Origin: Nitrospirota bacterium
GTDB lineage: Bacteria > Nitrospirota > Nitrospiria > Nitrospirales > NS-4
DNA length: 54,507 bases
Reading direction: 5' to 3'
Assembly: GCA_004298335.1 (NCBI GenBank)
Contig: SCTG01000048.1
Location: forward strand, 1 to 54,507
Shown here one piece after another: positions 1 through 12,628 of the stretch (within the stretch, counting starts at the first letter, position 1; every line of letters begins with the position of its first letter). Below the pieces are notes generated by a model. It was not told where the DNA came from. It saw only the letters and a program-made list of their open reading frames with translations, and ran no database searches. Both the position numbers and the translations under genes were made by a program.

Positions 1-966
1 AACCAGCTGGTGCGCGCAGCCTGCCTCAAAGTCGCCGAATCGCCGGCGACCGCATACAACCCCTTGCTGATCTACGGCGGCGTGGGTTTGGGCAAGACGC
101 ATTTGATGCATGCCATCGGCAACTTCGTGCTGGAGCAGTCGGACCTCCGGATCGCGTACGTCACGTCCGAGCAGTTCACCAACGAGGTCATCAACGGCAT
201 CCGTTACGACAAAATGATCGACGTCCGCCGGCGTTACCGCAACATCGACATGCTGCTGGTGGACGACATCCAGTTCATCGCCGGCAAGCAGGCGACCCAG
301 GAAGAGTTCTTCCACACGTTCAACAGCCTCTATGAAGCCCGCAAGCAGATCGTGGTGTCGAGCGATCGTTACCCGAAAGACATGCCCGAGATGGAGGAAC
401 GCCTGCGCTCCCGCCTGGAGTGGGGCCTGGTCGCCGACATCCAGCCGTACCCGCTGGAGGCGCGGATCGCCATCCTGCAGGACAAAGCCGACCGGGAAGG
501 CATCGCGATGCCGAACGATGTTGCGCTCTTTGTGGCGACCAACATCAAGGCGAACATCCGGGAGCTGGAGGGTTCGCTGGTCAGACTGGGCGCCTACGCG
601 CAATTGACGGGGCAGACCATCACGCTCGAGATGGCGCAAAGCGTCCTCAAAGAACTGATCAACGAGAGAAAGCGCGTGATCACGCTGGATGCCGTGCAGG
701 AGGTCGTGGCCGAGAAATTTCACATCAAGATTTCAGAGATGAAGTCGAAGCGGCGAACCAGGGTATTGGTCTACCCGCGGCAGATCGCCATGTTCCTGTG
801 CCGGGAGATCACGCAGCAGTCCTATCCGGAGATCGCACGGCATTTCGGAGGCAAGGACCACACCACCGTCATGCACGCGTGCAAACAGATCGAGAAGGCC
901 AAGCAGAGCGATCCCGGCCTGCTCGGAACGCTCGAGGAACTGAAGCGCCAGATCACTGGCACCTAG
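1..966 (+). CDS. dnaA: Chromosomal replication initiator DnaA (5'-truncated by window)
   Basis: YNPLLIYGGVGLGKTHL Walker A, LLVDDIQF Walker B, domain IV GGKDHTTVMHA. Confidence 0.98.
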   Translation, partial: NQLVRAACLKVAESPATAYNPLLIYGGVGLGKTHLMHAIGNFVLEQSDLRIAYVTSEQFTNEVINGIRYDKMIDVRRRYRNIDMLLVDDIQFIAGKQATQEEFFHTFNSLYEARKQIVVSSDRYPKDMPEMEERLRSRLEWGLVADIQPYPLEARIAILQDKADREGIAMPNDVALFVATNIKANIRELEGSLVRLGAYAQLTGQTITLEMAQSVLKELINERKRVITLDAVQEVVAEKFHIKISEMKSKRRTRVLVYPRQIAMFLCREITQQSYPEIARHFGGKDHTTVMHACKQIEKAKQSDPGLLGTLEELKRQITGT

Positions 967-983
967 GCCAGAAGGAGGGGGCG

Positions 984-4599
<3,616 letters not shown>

Positions 4600-4600
4600 A

Positions 4601-4679
4601 GCGGGTGACGCCGGTCGGGGGCCCACCGCCGCGCGCAGCTTTTCGGAGCACGGCGGGGGAAACCGGTGGCAGGCCCCGC
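4601..4679 (+). repeat. Short, diverged copy of hairpin repeat module B
   Basis: GCGGGTGACGCCGG...CCGGTGGCAGGCCCCGC has nearly the same basal stem as the module B copies at 28235, 43901 and 52769. Confidence 0.6.
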
Positions 4680-4695
4680 AATTTAGGAGGCATGC

Positions 4696-7203
4696 ATGCC
4701 GGTAGATGAACGGTTAACCCAGATCGCCATCGAGGACGAGATGCGCTCGTCCTACCTCGATTACGCGATGAGCGTGATCGTGGGGCGCGCGCTGCCGGAC
4801 GTCCGCGACGGGCTGAAGCCGGTCCACCGCCGGATCCTCTACGGCATGCACGAGATGGGCCTGGTCCACAACCGGGCCTACCGCAAGTCCGCCAAGATCG
4901 TCGGCGAGATCATGGGGAACTACCATCCTCATGGCGACACGGCTATTTACGATACGCTGGTCCGCATGGCGCAGGACTTCAACATGCGCTATTGCCTCGT
5001 GGACGGCCAGGGCAACTTCGGCTCGGTGGACGGGGACCCGCCCGCCGCCATGCGGTACACCGAGGCGCGCCTCACGAAGCTCGCCGAGGAAATGCTGGCG
5101 GACATCGACAAGGAGACCGTTGATTTCCGCCCCAATTACGACGAATCGCGCGTCGAGCCGGTGGTCCTGCCGGCCAAGGTGCCGAACCTCCTGGTCAACG
5201 GCGCCGGCGGCATCGCGGTCGGGTACGCGACGAACATCCCGACCCATAATATTACCGAAGTGGTGGCGGGCCTCATCAGGCTGATCGACAACCCGGCCAC
5301 GACGGTCGATCAGCTCATGGAGGTCATCCCGGGCCCTGACTTTCCCACCGCCGGCTACATCTACGGCACGCAGGGCATCAAGGACGCCTACCACACGGGG
5401 CGCGGGCTGCTGACGCTTCGGGCCAAGGCGAGCATCGAGACCGACGAGCGCACCGAGCGCGACCGCATCATCGTCACGGAGATCCCCTATCAGGTCAACA
5501 AAGCCCGGCTGATCGAGAAGATCGCCGAGCTGATCACGGACAAGCGCATCGAAGGCATTTCGGACCTCCGCGACGAGTCGGACCGGGACGGGATGCGGAT
5601 CGTCATCGAGCTCAAGAAGGGCGAGATTCCGCTCGTGCTGCTCAACAACCTGTACAAGCACACGCCGATGCAGTCCACGTTCGGCGTGATCATGCTGGCG
5701 CTGGTCCACAACCGGCCGGAGGTGCTGACCCTCAAGCAGATCCTCGAGGCCTTCATCGAGCACCGGCGCGAGGTCGTGCTGCGCCGGACGGCGTTCGACC
5801 TGCGCAAGGCCGAAGAGCGGGCCCACATCCTCGAAGGCCTCAAGATCGCGCTGGATAATCTGGACGCCGTGATCGCCCTGATCAAGCGGTCGCGCTCGCC
5901 GGAGGAGGCGCGCAACGGCCTGATGCGGCAGTTCGCCTTGTCGGAGCTCCAGGCCAACGCCATTCTGGACATGAAGCTGCAGCGGCTCACGCAGCTGGAG
6001 CGGGAGAAACTGACGCAGGAGTACGAGGAGATCATCAAGCGCATTGCCTATCTCAAGTCCGTCCTGGGCTCCGAGCCGCTGGTCCGGCAGATCATCAAGG
6101 ACGAGCTCCTGGCCGTCAAGGAAGAGTACAAGGACGAGCGGCGGACGCAGATCGTCCCCGAAGAGGCGGAGATCAACGTCGAGGATTTGATCGCGCAGGA
6201 GGAGGTGGTGGTGACCATCTCCCACACCGGCTACATCAAGCGCAATCCGGTCTCGCTCTACCGGGCCCAGCGCCGCGGCGGCAAGGGCAAGATCGGGATG
6301 GGGATCAAGGAAGAGGACTTCGTCGAGACCCTCTTTACGGCCTCCACGCACGACTATCTCTTGTTTTTCACCGACGCCGGCAAGGTGTACTGGCTGAAAG
6401 TGCACGAGATTCCGGAGGCCGGCCGCGCCGCCAAGGGCAAGGCAATGGTCAACCTGCTGGCGCTCGCGGGCGATGAAAAGGTGACGGCCACCCTGCCCGT
6501 GAAAGAATTTCGCGAGGACCGCTACGTTGTCATGGCCACGCGGATGGGGACCATCAAGAAGACGGAGCTCTCGGCCTACGGGAACCCGCGCCAGGGCGGC
6601 ATCATCGCGCTCACGCTGGATGACGGCGACAAGCTGATCGGGGTGGAAATCACCGACGGCCAGCGGGAGATCCTGCTCGGCACGCGCGACGGGATCGTCA
6701 TCCGTTTCAAGGAAGAGGACGTCCGGCCGATGGGCCGCACGGCTCACGGCGTACGGGGCATCAGCCTGGACGAAGGCAACTATGTGATCGGCATGGAGAC
6801 GATCACGCCCGATTCGACCGCGTCGATCCTCACGGTCACGGAAGGCGGCTATGGGAAGCGCACGCTGGTGGGCGAGTACCGGCTCCAGGGCCGGGCCGGC
6901 CGCGGGATCATTTCCGTGAAAGTGACCGAGAAGAACGGCCCCGCGGTGTCGTTTCATCAGGTCCGTGACGGCGACGAGATCATGGTCATGACGGCCGAGG
7001 GCAAGATCCTGCGCACCAAGGTGGACGACGTGCGCGAGATCGGACGGAACGCGCAGGGCGTCCGGCTGATCGACATGGAGGAGACCGATCGCGTGGTGGG
7101 TGTGGCCAAGCTGGCCGAATCCTTGGGCGAACCCGCCGGCGACGGCGTTGCCGGCGGCAACGGAGACGACGCTGGCCCTCCGGCCCAGGGCAATGGAGGC
7201 TGA
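4696..7203 (+). CDS. gyrA: DNA gyrase subunit A
   Basis: [23 protein letters not shown] catalytic Tyr, GyrA box QRRGGKG. Confidence 0.98.
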   Translation: MPVDERLTQIAIEDEMRSSYLDYAMSVIVGRALPDVRDGLKPVHRRILYGMHEMGLVHNRAYRKSAKIVGEIMGNYHPHGDTAIYDTLVRMAQDFNMRYCLVDGQGNFGSVDGDPPAAMRYTEARLTKLAEEMLADIDKETVDFRPNYDESRVEPVVLPAKVPNLLVNGAGGIAVGYATNIPTHNITEVVAGLIRLIDNPATTVDQLMEVIPGPDFPTAGYIYGTQGIKDAYHTGRGLLTLRAKASIETDERTERDRIIVTEIPYQVNKARLIEKIAELITDKRIEGISDLRDESDRDGMRIVIELKKGEIPLVLLNNLYKHTPMQSTFGVIMLALVHNRPEVLTLKQILEAFIEHRREVVLRRTAFDLRKAEERAHILEGLKIALDNLDAVIALIKRSRSPEEARNGLMRQFALSELQANAILDMKLQRLTQLEREKLTQEYEEIIKRIAYLKSVLGSEPLVRQIIKDELLAVKEEYKDERRTQIVPEEAEINVEDLIAQEEVVVTISHTGYIKRNPVSLYRAQRRGGKGKIGMGIKEEDFVETLFTASTHDYLLFFTDAGKVYWLKVHEIPEAGRAAKGKAMVNLLALAGDEKVTATLPVKEFREDRYVVMATRMGTIKKTELSAYGNPRQGGIIALTLDDGDKLIGVEITDGQREILLGTRDGIVIRFKEEDVRPMGRTAHGVRGISLDEGNYVIGMETITPDSTASILTVTEGGYGKRTLVGEYRLQGRAGRGIISVKVTEKNGPAVSFHQVRDGDEIMVMTAEGKILRTKVDDVREIGRNAQGVRLIDMEETDRVVGVAKLAESLGEPAGDGVAGGNGDDAGPPAQGNGG

Positions 7204-7699
7204 GCAACCCCAGAAGCCGCTCGATCCCCTCGTCAAGACCGCGTTCACGCTCTGCATCGGACTGATCGTCATCACGGTGGCGGGGATGATCCTGACCGCG
7301 CCGGACCGGTCCATCCCGCCATACAGCGTCATGGCTCAGCACGGTGAGAACGTGACCGTCAACGTCCCGCCCCGCACGACCGATCGTGAGATTGAGGCCC
7401 TGCTGGTCCGTTTTCAGGCAGCCGGCCGCGGGAGCGGGGACGGATTCGCCCACCTTAAGATTAAGCCGACAACGCCCGGCGATCCCGCCGGGCGCTATCG
7501 GCGCCTGACGATCTATGTCTTCGACAATCCCGGCCTGGCGGACGAGCCCTCGTTGCGGGACTACCTCGCCGGCACGGACCCGTTGGCCAGGTCCGGCTTC
7601 GAGCGTGGCGTGCGGGGACTGTATCGGCTCACGGGCGAAACGGAATACGGCGCCGTCGGCGCCAAAGTCCTCTTTCGGGGGAACCGCAGCGGAGGCTAG
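7193..7699 (+). CDS. Hypothetical membrane-anchored protein
   Basis: ATG overlapping the gyrA end; N-terminal hydrophobic helix. Confidence 0.7.
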   Translation: MEAEQPQKPLDPLVKTAFTLCIGLIVITVAGMILTAPDRSIPPYSVMAQHGENVTVNVPPRTTDREIEALLVRFQAAGRGSGDGFAHLKIKPTTPGDPAGRYRRLTIYVFDNPGLADEPSLRDYLAGTDPLARSGFERGVRGLYRLTGETEYGAVGAKVLFRGNRSGG

Positions 7700-8169
7700 G
7701 GCGCGGATTTCGAGAAGAGCGCTTTCAGGCGCGTTTGGAGGTCAGGATCGGCGACGGCTTGCACCGTCGCGTCGATGGCGGTGCGTGTCTCTACGCTGAG
7801 ATCCTCCTCCGCCTGTTCGGCGGGCGCGGGGCGAGAGGAGGGTCCTGCGCCGGCATCCGGAGAAGGCACGGTCCCGACCCTGAGGACGATATCGGTGAGC
7901 GCCTCGCCGTCCGCCGCGGCGTTGATCTTGGCCAGCAGTTCCGGTTTGAGGAAGAGCAGCTGCTGGAGCCAGACGGAGTTCTCGGCCACCAGGTAGAGCT
8001 TGCGGTGCCGGACGGAGTCCGGCCACGTGTGGCGTGCGACGTGTTCACCGACGATCTCGAGCCAGTGCTGCTGGAGCCTGCATTCCAGCATGTGGATCGC
8101 CATGCCGTGAGTTTTGAGAAACCGGGCGAGGATGTCCGGCAGCGGGTTCAGGCTGGGGCGCTTGGCCAT
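7696..8169 (-). CDS. dciA: DUF721/DciA-family helicase loader
   Basis: W.EIVG..VA.HT.P...L.L.A.NSVW.QQL pattern; located next to gyrA. Confidence 0.8.
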   Translation of the reverse strand: MAKRPSLNPLPDILARFLKTHGMAIHMLECRLQQHWLEIVGEHVARHTWPDSVRHRKLYLVAENSVWLQQLLFLKPELLAKINAAADGEALTDIVLRVGTVPSPDAGAGPSSRPAPAEQAEEDLSVETRTAIDATVQAVADPDLQTRLKALFSKSAP

Positions 8170-8219
8170 GGGCGTATCGTAGTACCTGACCGCGATAGCG
8201 TCAAGACGAAGGAGCCGTC

Positions 8220-8420
8220 ATGAAAATCAAAACGCTCTTTGACAATTCGCTCTTCGAGGAGTTCATGGGGCAGGCGCTGGAGAAGTTCGAAGAACATCTG
8301 AAGAACGAGGAGATCAAGAAGGGGCCGCTGGAGCAGCGTATGCGGGGGGCGCGGGAGTTCGCGGTATTCCTGCTGGGGCGGGGGCATCGCAAAGGGGAGC
8401 GGACGAAAGGACGGATATAA
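8220..8420 (+). CDS. Small hypothetical protein (66 aa)
   Basis: AAGGAG Shine-Dalgarno before ATG; host-like codon usage. Confidence 0.65.
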   Translation: MKIKTLFDNSLFEEFMGQALEKFEEHLKNEEIKKGPLEQRMRGAREFAVFLLGRGHRKGERTKGRI

Positions 8421-8430
8421 GATGCCCGTC

Positions 8431-8514
8431 GCGGGGCCGTCTCATCGCTCCTGCGCGCGCGTCACGAATAAGCAGATGCCGCTCGCTTACGGGCGCGGTT
8501 GAGACAGGCCCCGC
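8431..8514 (-). repeat. Hairpin repeat module A, copy 1
   Basis: Core CACGAATAA(G/A)CAGATGCCGCTCGCTTA shared with 28130 and 52665; closing stem GCGGGGCC..GGCCCCGC. Confidence 0.85.
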
Positions 8515-8577
8515 GCCTGTTCCAGCTGCTGACGAAGTGGAAATGGCCGCTAGCTTTGCGATATAGTATGTACGAAA

Positions 8578-8922
8578 GGGGGCGACCGGCTTCGACGGGG
8601 GTCATGACGCCAGGGTGGCATGCCGAGCTCCGGGAACTCGTAAAAGTCCGGAAACAATAACTGCCAACGAACAACTGGCACTCGCTGCTTAATTAAGCGG
8701 TGACGTCTCTCTTCTGACGCCCGCGCGGGGGATGAGGCGACGATTGCGGGCTGGCCCGACGCTGGTGCTCAGCGGCGGCGGGCGAGATGCACTGGGCTAG
8801 CGACTGTTCTAAGCCTGCCGGAGGGCGTGGACGGAAGCGAAACCCCAAATCGCCGGCTATGCATGTAGAAGCCCTTCGCTGACGGTCTTCGGACAGGGGT
8901 TCAACTCCCCTCGCCTCCACCA
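8578..8922 (+). ncRNA. ssrA: tmRNA; tag reading frame ANEQLALAA at 8663-8692
   Basis: 5' GGGGGCGACCGGCTTCGACGGGG; 3' T-arm GGGGTTCAACTCCCC plus CGCCTCCACCA; tag ends in LAA-stop. Confidence 0.96.
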
Positions 8923-8926
8923 TCAT

Positions 8927-8960
8927 AAGCCCCTGGGTCGCGGGACTCAGGGGCTTTTTA
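8927..8960 (+). terminator. Intrinsic terminator of ssrA
   Basis: AAGCCCCTGGGTC-GCGG-GACTCAGGGGCTT stem followed by a T tract. Confidence 0.85.
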
Positions 8961-9428
8961 TTGGGCCGTCTCGTCCGGGAAGGACAGGCACTCGGCATGT
9001 TCGCCGGACACCATCTTCAGGCGGCGGCTGGTCGCCTGGGCCAGCTTTTTGAAGATTTTATAGCCGAGGACCGGGCTGGTCTCCATCAACTGGGAGAATT
9101 TCATGCTGTCGATCGCCACGGCCTTGAACGGCTCGGTCGCCTGCACGGTCGCCGATGCGACGGTGTTATCATACAGGGAGAGCTCCCCGATGATGGTCCC
9201 TTTCTTGACGTCCCCGATCACCGATTGCTTCGACTGATCCACGCCTTTGGTGACGACGGCCTGCCCTGCGAGGAGGAAGAAGACGGACTTGACGGGCAGG
9301 CCTTCCTTGATGAGGCGGTCGTCGGCTTTTCCCTCCACCAAGCGGCAGAGGGGCGCAATGTGATTGATCTCCTCGTCGGTGAGATCCTTAAAGAGGGACA
9401 CCTGCTTGAGAAATTCTGGGAAGGTCAT
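8958..9428 (-). CDS. Stand-alone cyclic nucleotide-binding domain protein
   Basis: LF.DL, LIKEG, G..IGELSL, SATV.A pattern; no C-terminal HTH. Confidence 0.85.
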   Translation of the reverse strand: MTFPEFLKQVSLFKDLTDEEINHIAPLCRLVEGKADDRLIKEGLPVKSVFFLLAGQAVVTKGVDQSKQSVIGDVKKGTIIGELSLYDNTVASATVQATEPFKAVAIDSMKFSQLMETSPVLGYKIFKKLAQATSRRLKMVSGEHAECLSFPDETAQ

Positions 9429-9565
9429 CTGCGCGTCTCCTGATGCCTGTTCACAACGGACCGACGTCTCGGACAGCGCCCATTATAAACAATCGCGGAG
9501 CGAGAAGCACGTATCCATTGGGCCGGGACTGGCATGCGGCGGAAATCTCGTGTAACGTTGGCGGG

Positions 9566-9919
9566 ATGCCACGCACGTTGAAACCCTGTCCGTCATCGCC
9601 CAACTGCGTCTCGTCGCTGGCGGAAGAGGACTCGCAGCATCGCGTGCCGCCGCTGAGTTGGACCGGCGACCTCGTGCAGGCGAAGGGCCGGCTCCGGCAA
9701 GCCGTGCTGGCGGCCGGATACGCCACCTTCGTCGTCGAAGAAGACACCTACTGGCGCGTCGAATTTCGCAGCCGCCTCTTTCGATTTGTGGACGATGTGG
9801 AGTTCCTCTTCGATCCGCAGGCCCGGCGGATCCATATCCGTTCGGCCTCGCGCGTGGGGCACTCGGACCTGGGCGTGAACCGCAAGCGGGTTGAAAAGAT
9901 TCGGTTGCTCTTTCCATAG
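9566..9919 (+). CDS. DUF1499 domain protein
   Basis: LKPCPSSPNCVSS, FRFVDDVEF, RSASRVGHSDLGVNRKR. Confidence 0.9.
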   Translation: MPRTLKPCPSSPNCVSSLAEEDSQHRVPPLSWTGDLVQAKGRLRQAVLAAGYATFVVEEDTYWRVEFRSRLFRFVDDVEFLFDPQARRIHIRSASRVGHSDLGVNRKRVEKIRLLFP

Positions 9920-9926
9920 GTGCGTG

Positions 9927-10436
9927 ATGGATGAAAACCCGCTCCCAACGGACGACTCTCAAAGCAAAACCTTTCTGGTCAAGTGCGACCGCTGCGGCGC
10001 CACCAAGGAGCTGCATCTGTCCGATTTCGCGCTGGACGCAGACGATCCTTTCCAGTACGCCTGCGCCTGCGGGAATACGTGCCGGGCCGTCCTCAGCCAA
10101 CCCCGCGCGCTGCGCAAAACGGTCGATCTCATCTGCAGTTTCAAGCTTGTCTCGGACTCCCGGAAGGTCGACCAGTTCGCCGACGTGCTCGACATCTCCG
10201 CGAGCGGCATGCGCATCCAAACGGACCCTATCAAGAATATCGCCGAGGGCGAAGCCCTGACCGTGACGATCCTTCTGAGCAAGAAGGAGAAGACGAAAGT
10301 GGAACTGTGCGGCGTGATCCGCCGGATCATCCAGGAAAAGCCCGGCCTTGTCCTGGGCATCGAATTCCGGGCCCTGACGGATGACCACCGCCGGGCGCTC
10401 GCTCCCTATTTGACCGCGGGCACGGGCCATGCCTGA
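9927..10436 (+). CDS. Zinc-ribbon plus PilZ domain protein
   Basis: CDRC...CACG N-terminus; DISASG PilZ motif; GIEF near the C-terminus. Confidence 0.8.
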   Translation: MDENPLPTDDSQSKTFLVKCDRCGATKELHLSDFALDADDPFQYACACGNTCRAVLSQPRALRKTVDLICSFKLVSDSRKVDQFADVLDISASGMRIQTDPIKNIAEGEALTVTILLSKKEKTKVELCGVIRRIIQEKPGLVLGIEFRALTDDHRRALAPYLTAGTGHA

Positions 10437-11418
10437 GAAGAAACCACGCAAGTCGAAGGCCGCCGGGCGACGGCGGAGGAAACCCGCAGGGGCCTCGACG
10501 GGACTGCTGGCAACGGAACTGCAGGCGGCGCCGCCGCCGGGCGAAGTCGCCGATCTGCACCGCACGATCGAGGATGACGGCGGGAAGGCGCTTGCCCTGT
10601 ACCGGGAGCCCTACGGCGGACGCTGGGTCGTCCTGGCCGCGCTTCCGATCGAGAAGGTGGAGCCCACGCCCTATCAACGCAATCTCTCCGACACGCACGT
10701 CCGCAAGCTTGAAGCCGTGATCGGCAAGCTCGGGCGCTTTCTCGACCCGATCATAGCGGTGCGCGCGCCTGAAGGGCAACCCGCCCGGTACTGGACGCCG
10801 AACGGGCATCACCGCCTCTCGGCGATGAAGACGCTGGGCGCGAAGAGCATCACGGCCATCGTGGTGCCGGAAGCCGCCGCCGCCTATCAGATCCTGGCGT
10901 TGAACACCGAGAAGGCGCACAACCTTCGAGAAAAGGCGCTGGAAGTCATCCGCATGTACAAAGAACTGACGTGCCTGGACGGCGCCACGGAAGAGACCTA
11001 CGCGCTCGAATTCGAGGACCCGGCCTTCATTACCCTCGGGCTCTGCTACGAGGAGCGGCCGCGCTTCAGCGGCGGCGCGTATCATCCGGTGCTCAAGCGC
11101 GTGGACGGCTTCCTCCGGGGCCACCTGCGCGCGGCGCTGGAGACCCGCCGGACGCGTGCGCAGACGCTGCTCGCGCTGGACGATCTGGTCGTGCAGAAGG
11201 TCGAGGCCCTGAAAGCCAAGGGACTGACAAGCCCCTATCTCAAGAGCTTCGTCGTCGCCCGGATCAATCCGGTCCGCTTCCGGCCGAAGGAGGCCGAACC
11301 GTTGTCCTTTGATGAAGCCCTGGACCGTATGACCAAGGCGGCCGGGAAACTGAATCCCGAGAAGGTCAGAATCGACGACCTCGCCCGATCCGGGGGCGCG
11401 CCCGACGAGAGCGGGTGA
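10429..11418 (+). CDS. Orphan ParB/Srx-like domain protein
   Basis: PTPYQR, DPIIAV and NGHHRL resemble ParB box I and II motifs. Confidence 0.8.
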   Translation: MPEKKPRKSKAAGRRRRKPAGASTGLLATELQAAPPPGEVADLHRTIEDDGGKALALYREPYGGRWVVLAALPIEKVEPTPYQRNLSDTHVRKLEAVIGKLGRFLDPIIAVRAPEGQPARYWTPNGHHRLSAMKTLGAKSITAIVVPEAAAAYQILALNTEKAHNLREKALEVIRMYKELTCLDGATEETYALEFEDPAFITLGLCYEERPRFSGGAYHPVLKRVDGFLRGHLRAALETRRTRAQTLLALDDLVVQKVEALKAKGLTSPYLKSFVVARINPVRFRPKEAEPLSFDEALDRMTKAAGKLNPEKVRIDDLARSGGAPDESG

Positions 11419-11444
11419 GTGCATGAAACGCACGGTGCGGTGAT

Positions 11445-11813
11445 ATGGCCAGGATTCTGTTTATCGATGATGATGCCCACACCGGGGATATTTTCAAGGT
11501 GATCCTCGAAGACGCGGGGCACGACGTGGTCGTGGCCCGGGACGGGGTCGAGGGGCTCGCGTTCTACCGCCGCAACCCCACGGACCTGATCATCACCGAT
11601 ATCATGATGCCGGTGAAAGACGGCATGGCGGTCATCAACGAGTTGAAACGCGACTTTCCAGACGCCAAGATCATCGCCATCTCCGGGTCGGATGAGGACG
11701 AGCGGCGGCAGTTCTTTTTCGATGTCTCACGGATCCTGGGCGCCAAGCGGACTTTTCAGAAACCGGTCGATCCCGGCGAACTGCTGGCCGCGATCAAGGA
11801 GTTATTGCGTTGA
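11445..11813 (+). CDS. Single-domain response regulator
   Basis: ILFIDDD, DLIITDIMMP, IAISG, KP. Confidence 0.92.
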   Translation: MARILFIDDDAHTGDIFKVILEDAGHDVVVARDGVEGLAFYRRNPTDLIITDIMMPVKDGMAVINELKRDFPDAKIIAISGSDEDERRQFFFDVSRILGAKRTFQKPVDPGELLAAIKELLR

Positions 11814-11842
11814 TTGACACCCTCGGGCATCGCCCTTATAAT
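11814..11842 (+). promoter_or_regulatory. Sigma70 promoter of the rpmH operon
   Basis: TTGACA-17 bp-TATAAT, perfect consensus. Confidence 0.9.
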
Positions 11843-11886
11843 GACGTTTCAATTCACCGCATAACTGAAAACGAAGGAGTCATCAC

Positions 11887-12024
11887 ATGTCCGCCACAAT
11901 GCGGCAATCCTCGAACAAGGCGCGGAAACGCACCCACGGGTTTCTCGAACGGATGAAATCAAAAGGCGGCCGACGGACGTTGGCGCGCCGCAGGGCCAAG
12001 GGACGGCACAAGCTGACCGTCTGA
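11887..12024 (+). CDS. rpmH: 50S ribosomal protein L34 (absent from the ORF track)
   Basis: Translates to [45 protein letters not shown]; AAGGAG upstream. Confidence 0.96.
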   Translation: MSATMRQSSNKARKRTHGFLERMKSKGGRRTLARRRAKGRHKLTV

Positions 12025-12033
12025 TCTGGATCG

Positions 12034-12399
12034 GTGGCCCCACCCCGCTCCACTCGCGTACAGCACCTCCTTCGCAACAGCGCCGACATCCGGCTGGTTT
12101 TCAAGGAAGGGAAGCGGGTTTCGTGCCCGTTGTTCACGCTCCTCTACCGCCGGAACACGCTGGCCTGCACGCGGGTGGGCGTGGTCGTGGGCAGGAAGCT
12201 CGGCGGCGCGGTGGCCCGCAATCGCTCCAAGAGGCGGTTTCGCGAGCTCGGCCGGCTGAGTCTGCAGCGGGTTCCTTCCGGGCTGGACCTGTTGATTTTG
12301 CCGAAACGGGAATCCGTGACCGAGCCTGCACGGAGCCTGCGCGAAACCTGGCAGGCCACCCTTCGGCGGGCGCATTTGGTAGCGGCAGAGAGTTCATGA
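12034..12399 (+). CDS. rnpA: RNase P protein component
   Basis: RVGVVVGRKLGGAVARNRSKRRFRE motif; position after rpmH. Confidence 0.93.
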   Translation: MAPPRSTRVQHLLRNSADIRLVFKEGKRVSCPLFTLLYRRNTLACTRVGVVVGRKLGGAVARNRSKRRFRELGRLSLQRVPSGLDLLILPKRESVTEPARSLRETWQATLRRAHLVAAESS

Positions 12400-12617
12400 T
12401 GACCCGAAAGATTATCGCGCTGATCGCCCTCTACCAGCGGTGGATCTCGCCGCTGGGCCCGCCTTGTTGCGGGTTCGTGCCCACCTGCTCGACCTACGCA
12501 CGCGAGGCGCTGGTTCGCCACGGTCTTCTGCGAGGGCTGGGGCTGGCGGTGCGGCGTCTGCTGAAGTGCCACCCGTTCCATCGCGGCGGCTACGATCCGG
12601 TGCTGCCGGTTCGCTGA
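12396..12617 (+). CDS. yidD: Membrane protein insertion efficiency factor YidD
   Basis: YQRWISP...C.FVPTCS.Y...KCHPFHRGGYDPV. Confidence 0.93.
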   Translation: MMTRKIIALIALYQRWISPLGPPCCGFVPTCSTYAREALVRHGLLRGLGLAVRRLLKCHPFHRGGYDPVLPVR

Positions 12618-12628
12618 CGGGCACGCAA

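Noticed and set aside
420-983. Apparent N-terminal extension of DnaN in the ORF track
   Set aside because: Overlaps dnaA in another frame; the real start is the ATG at 984 with a Shine-Dalgarno
8693-8998. Short ORFs overlapping tmRNA
   Set aside because: Antisense to ssrA; explained by the RNA gene
8900-11813. Possible genomic island integrated at the ssrA 3' end
   Set aside because: No integrase and no convincing duplicated ssrA 3' end; composition is host-like
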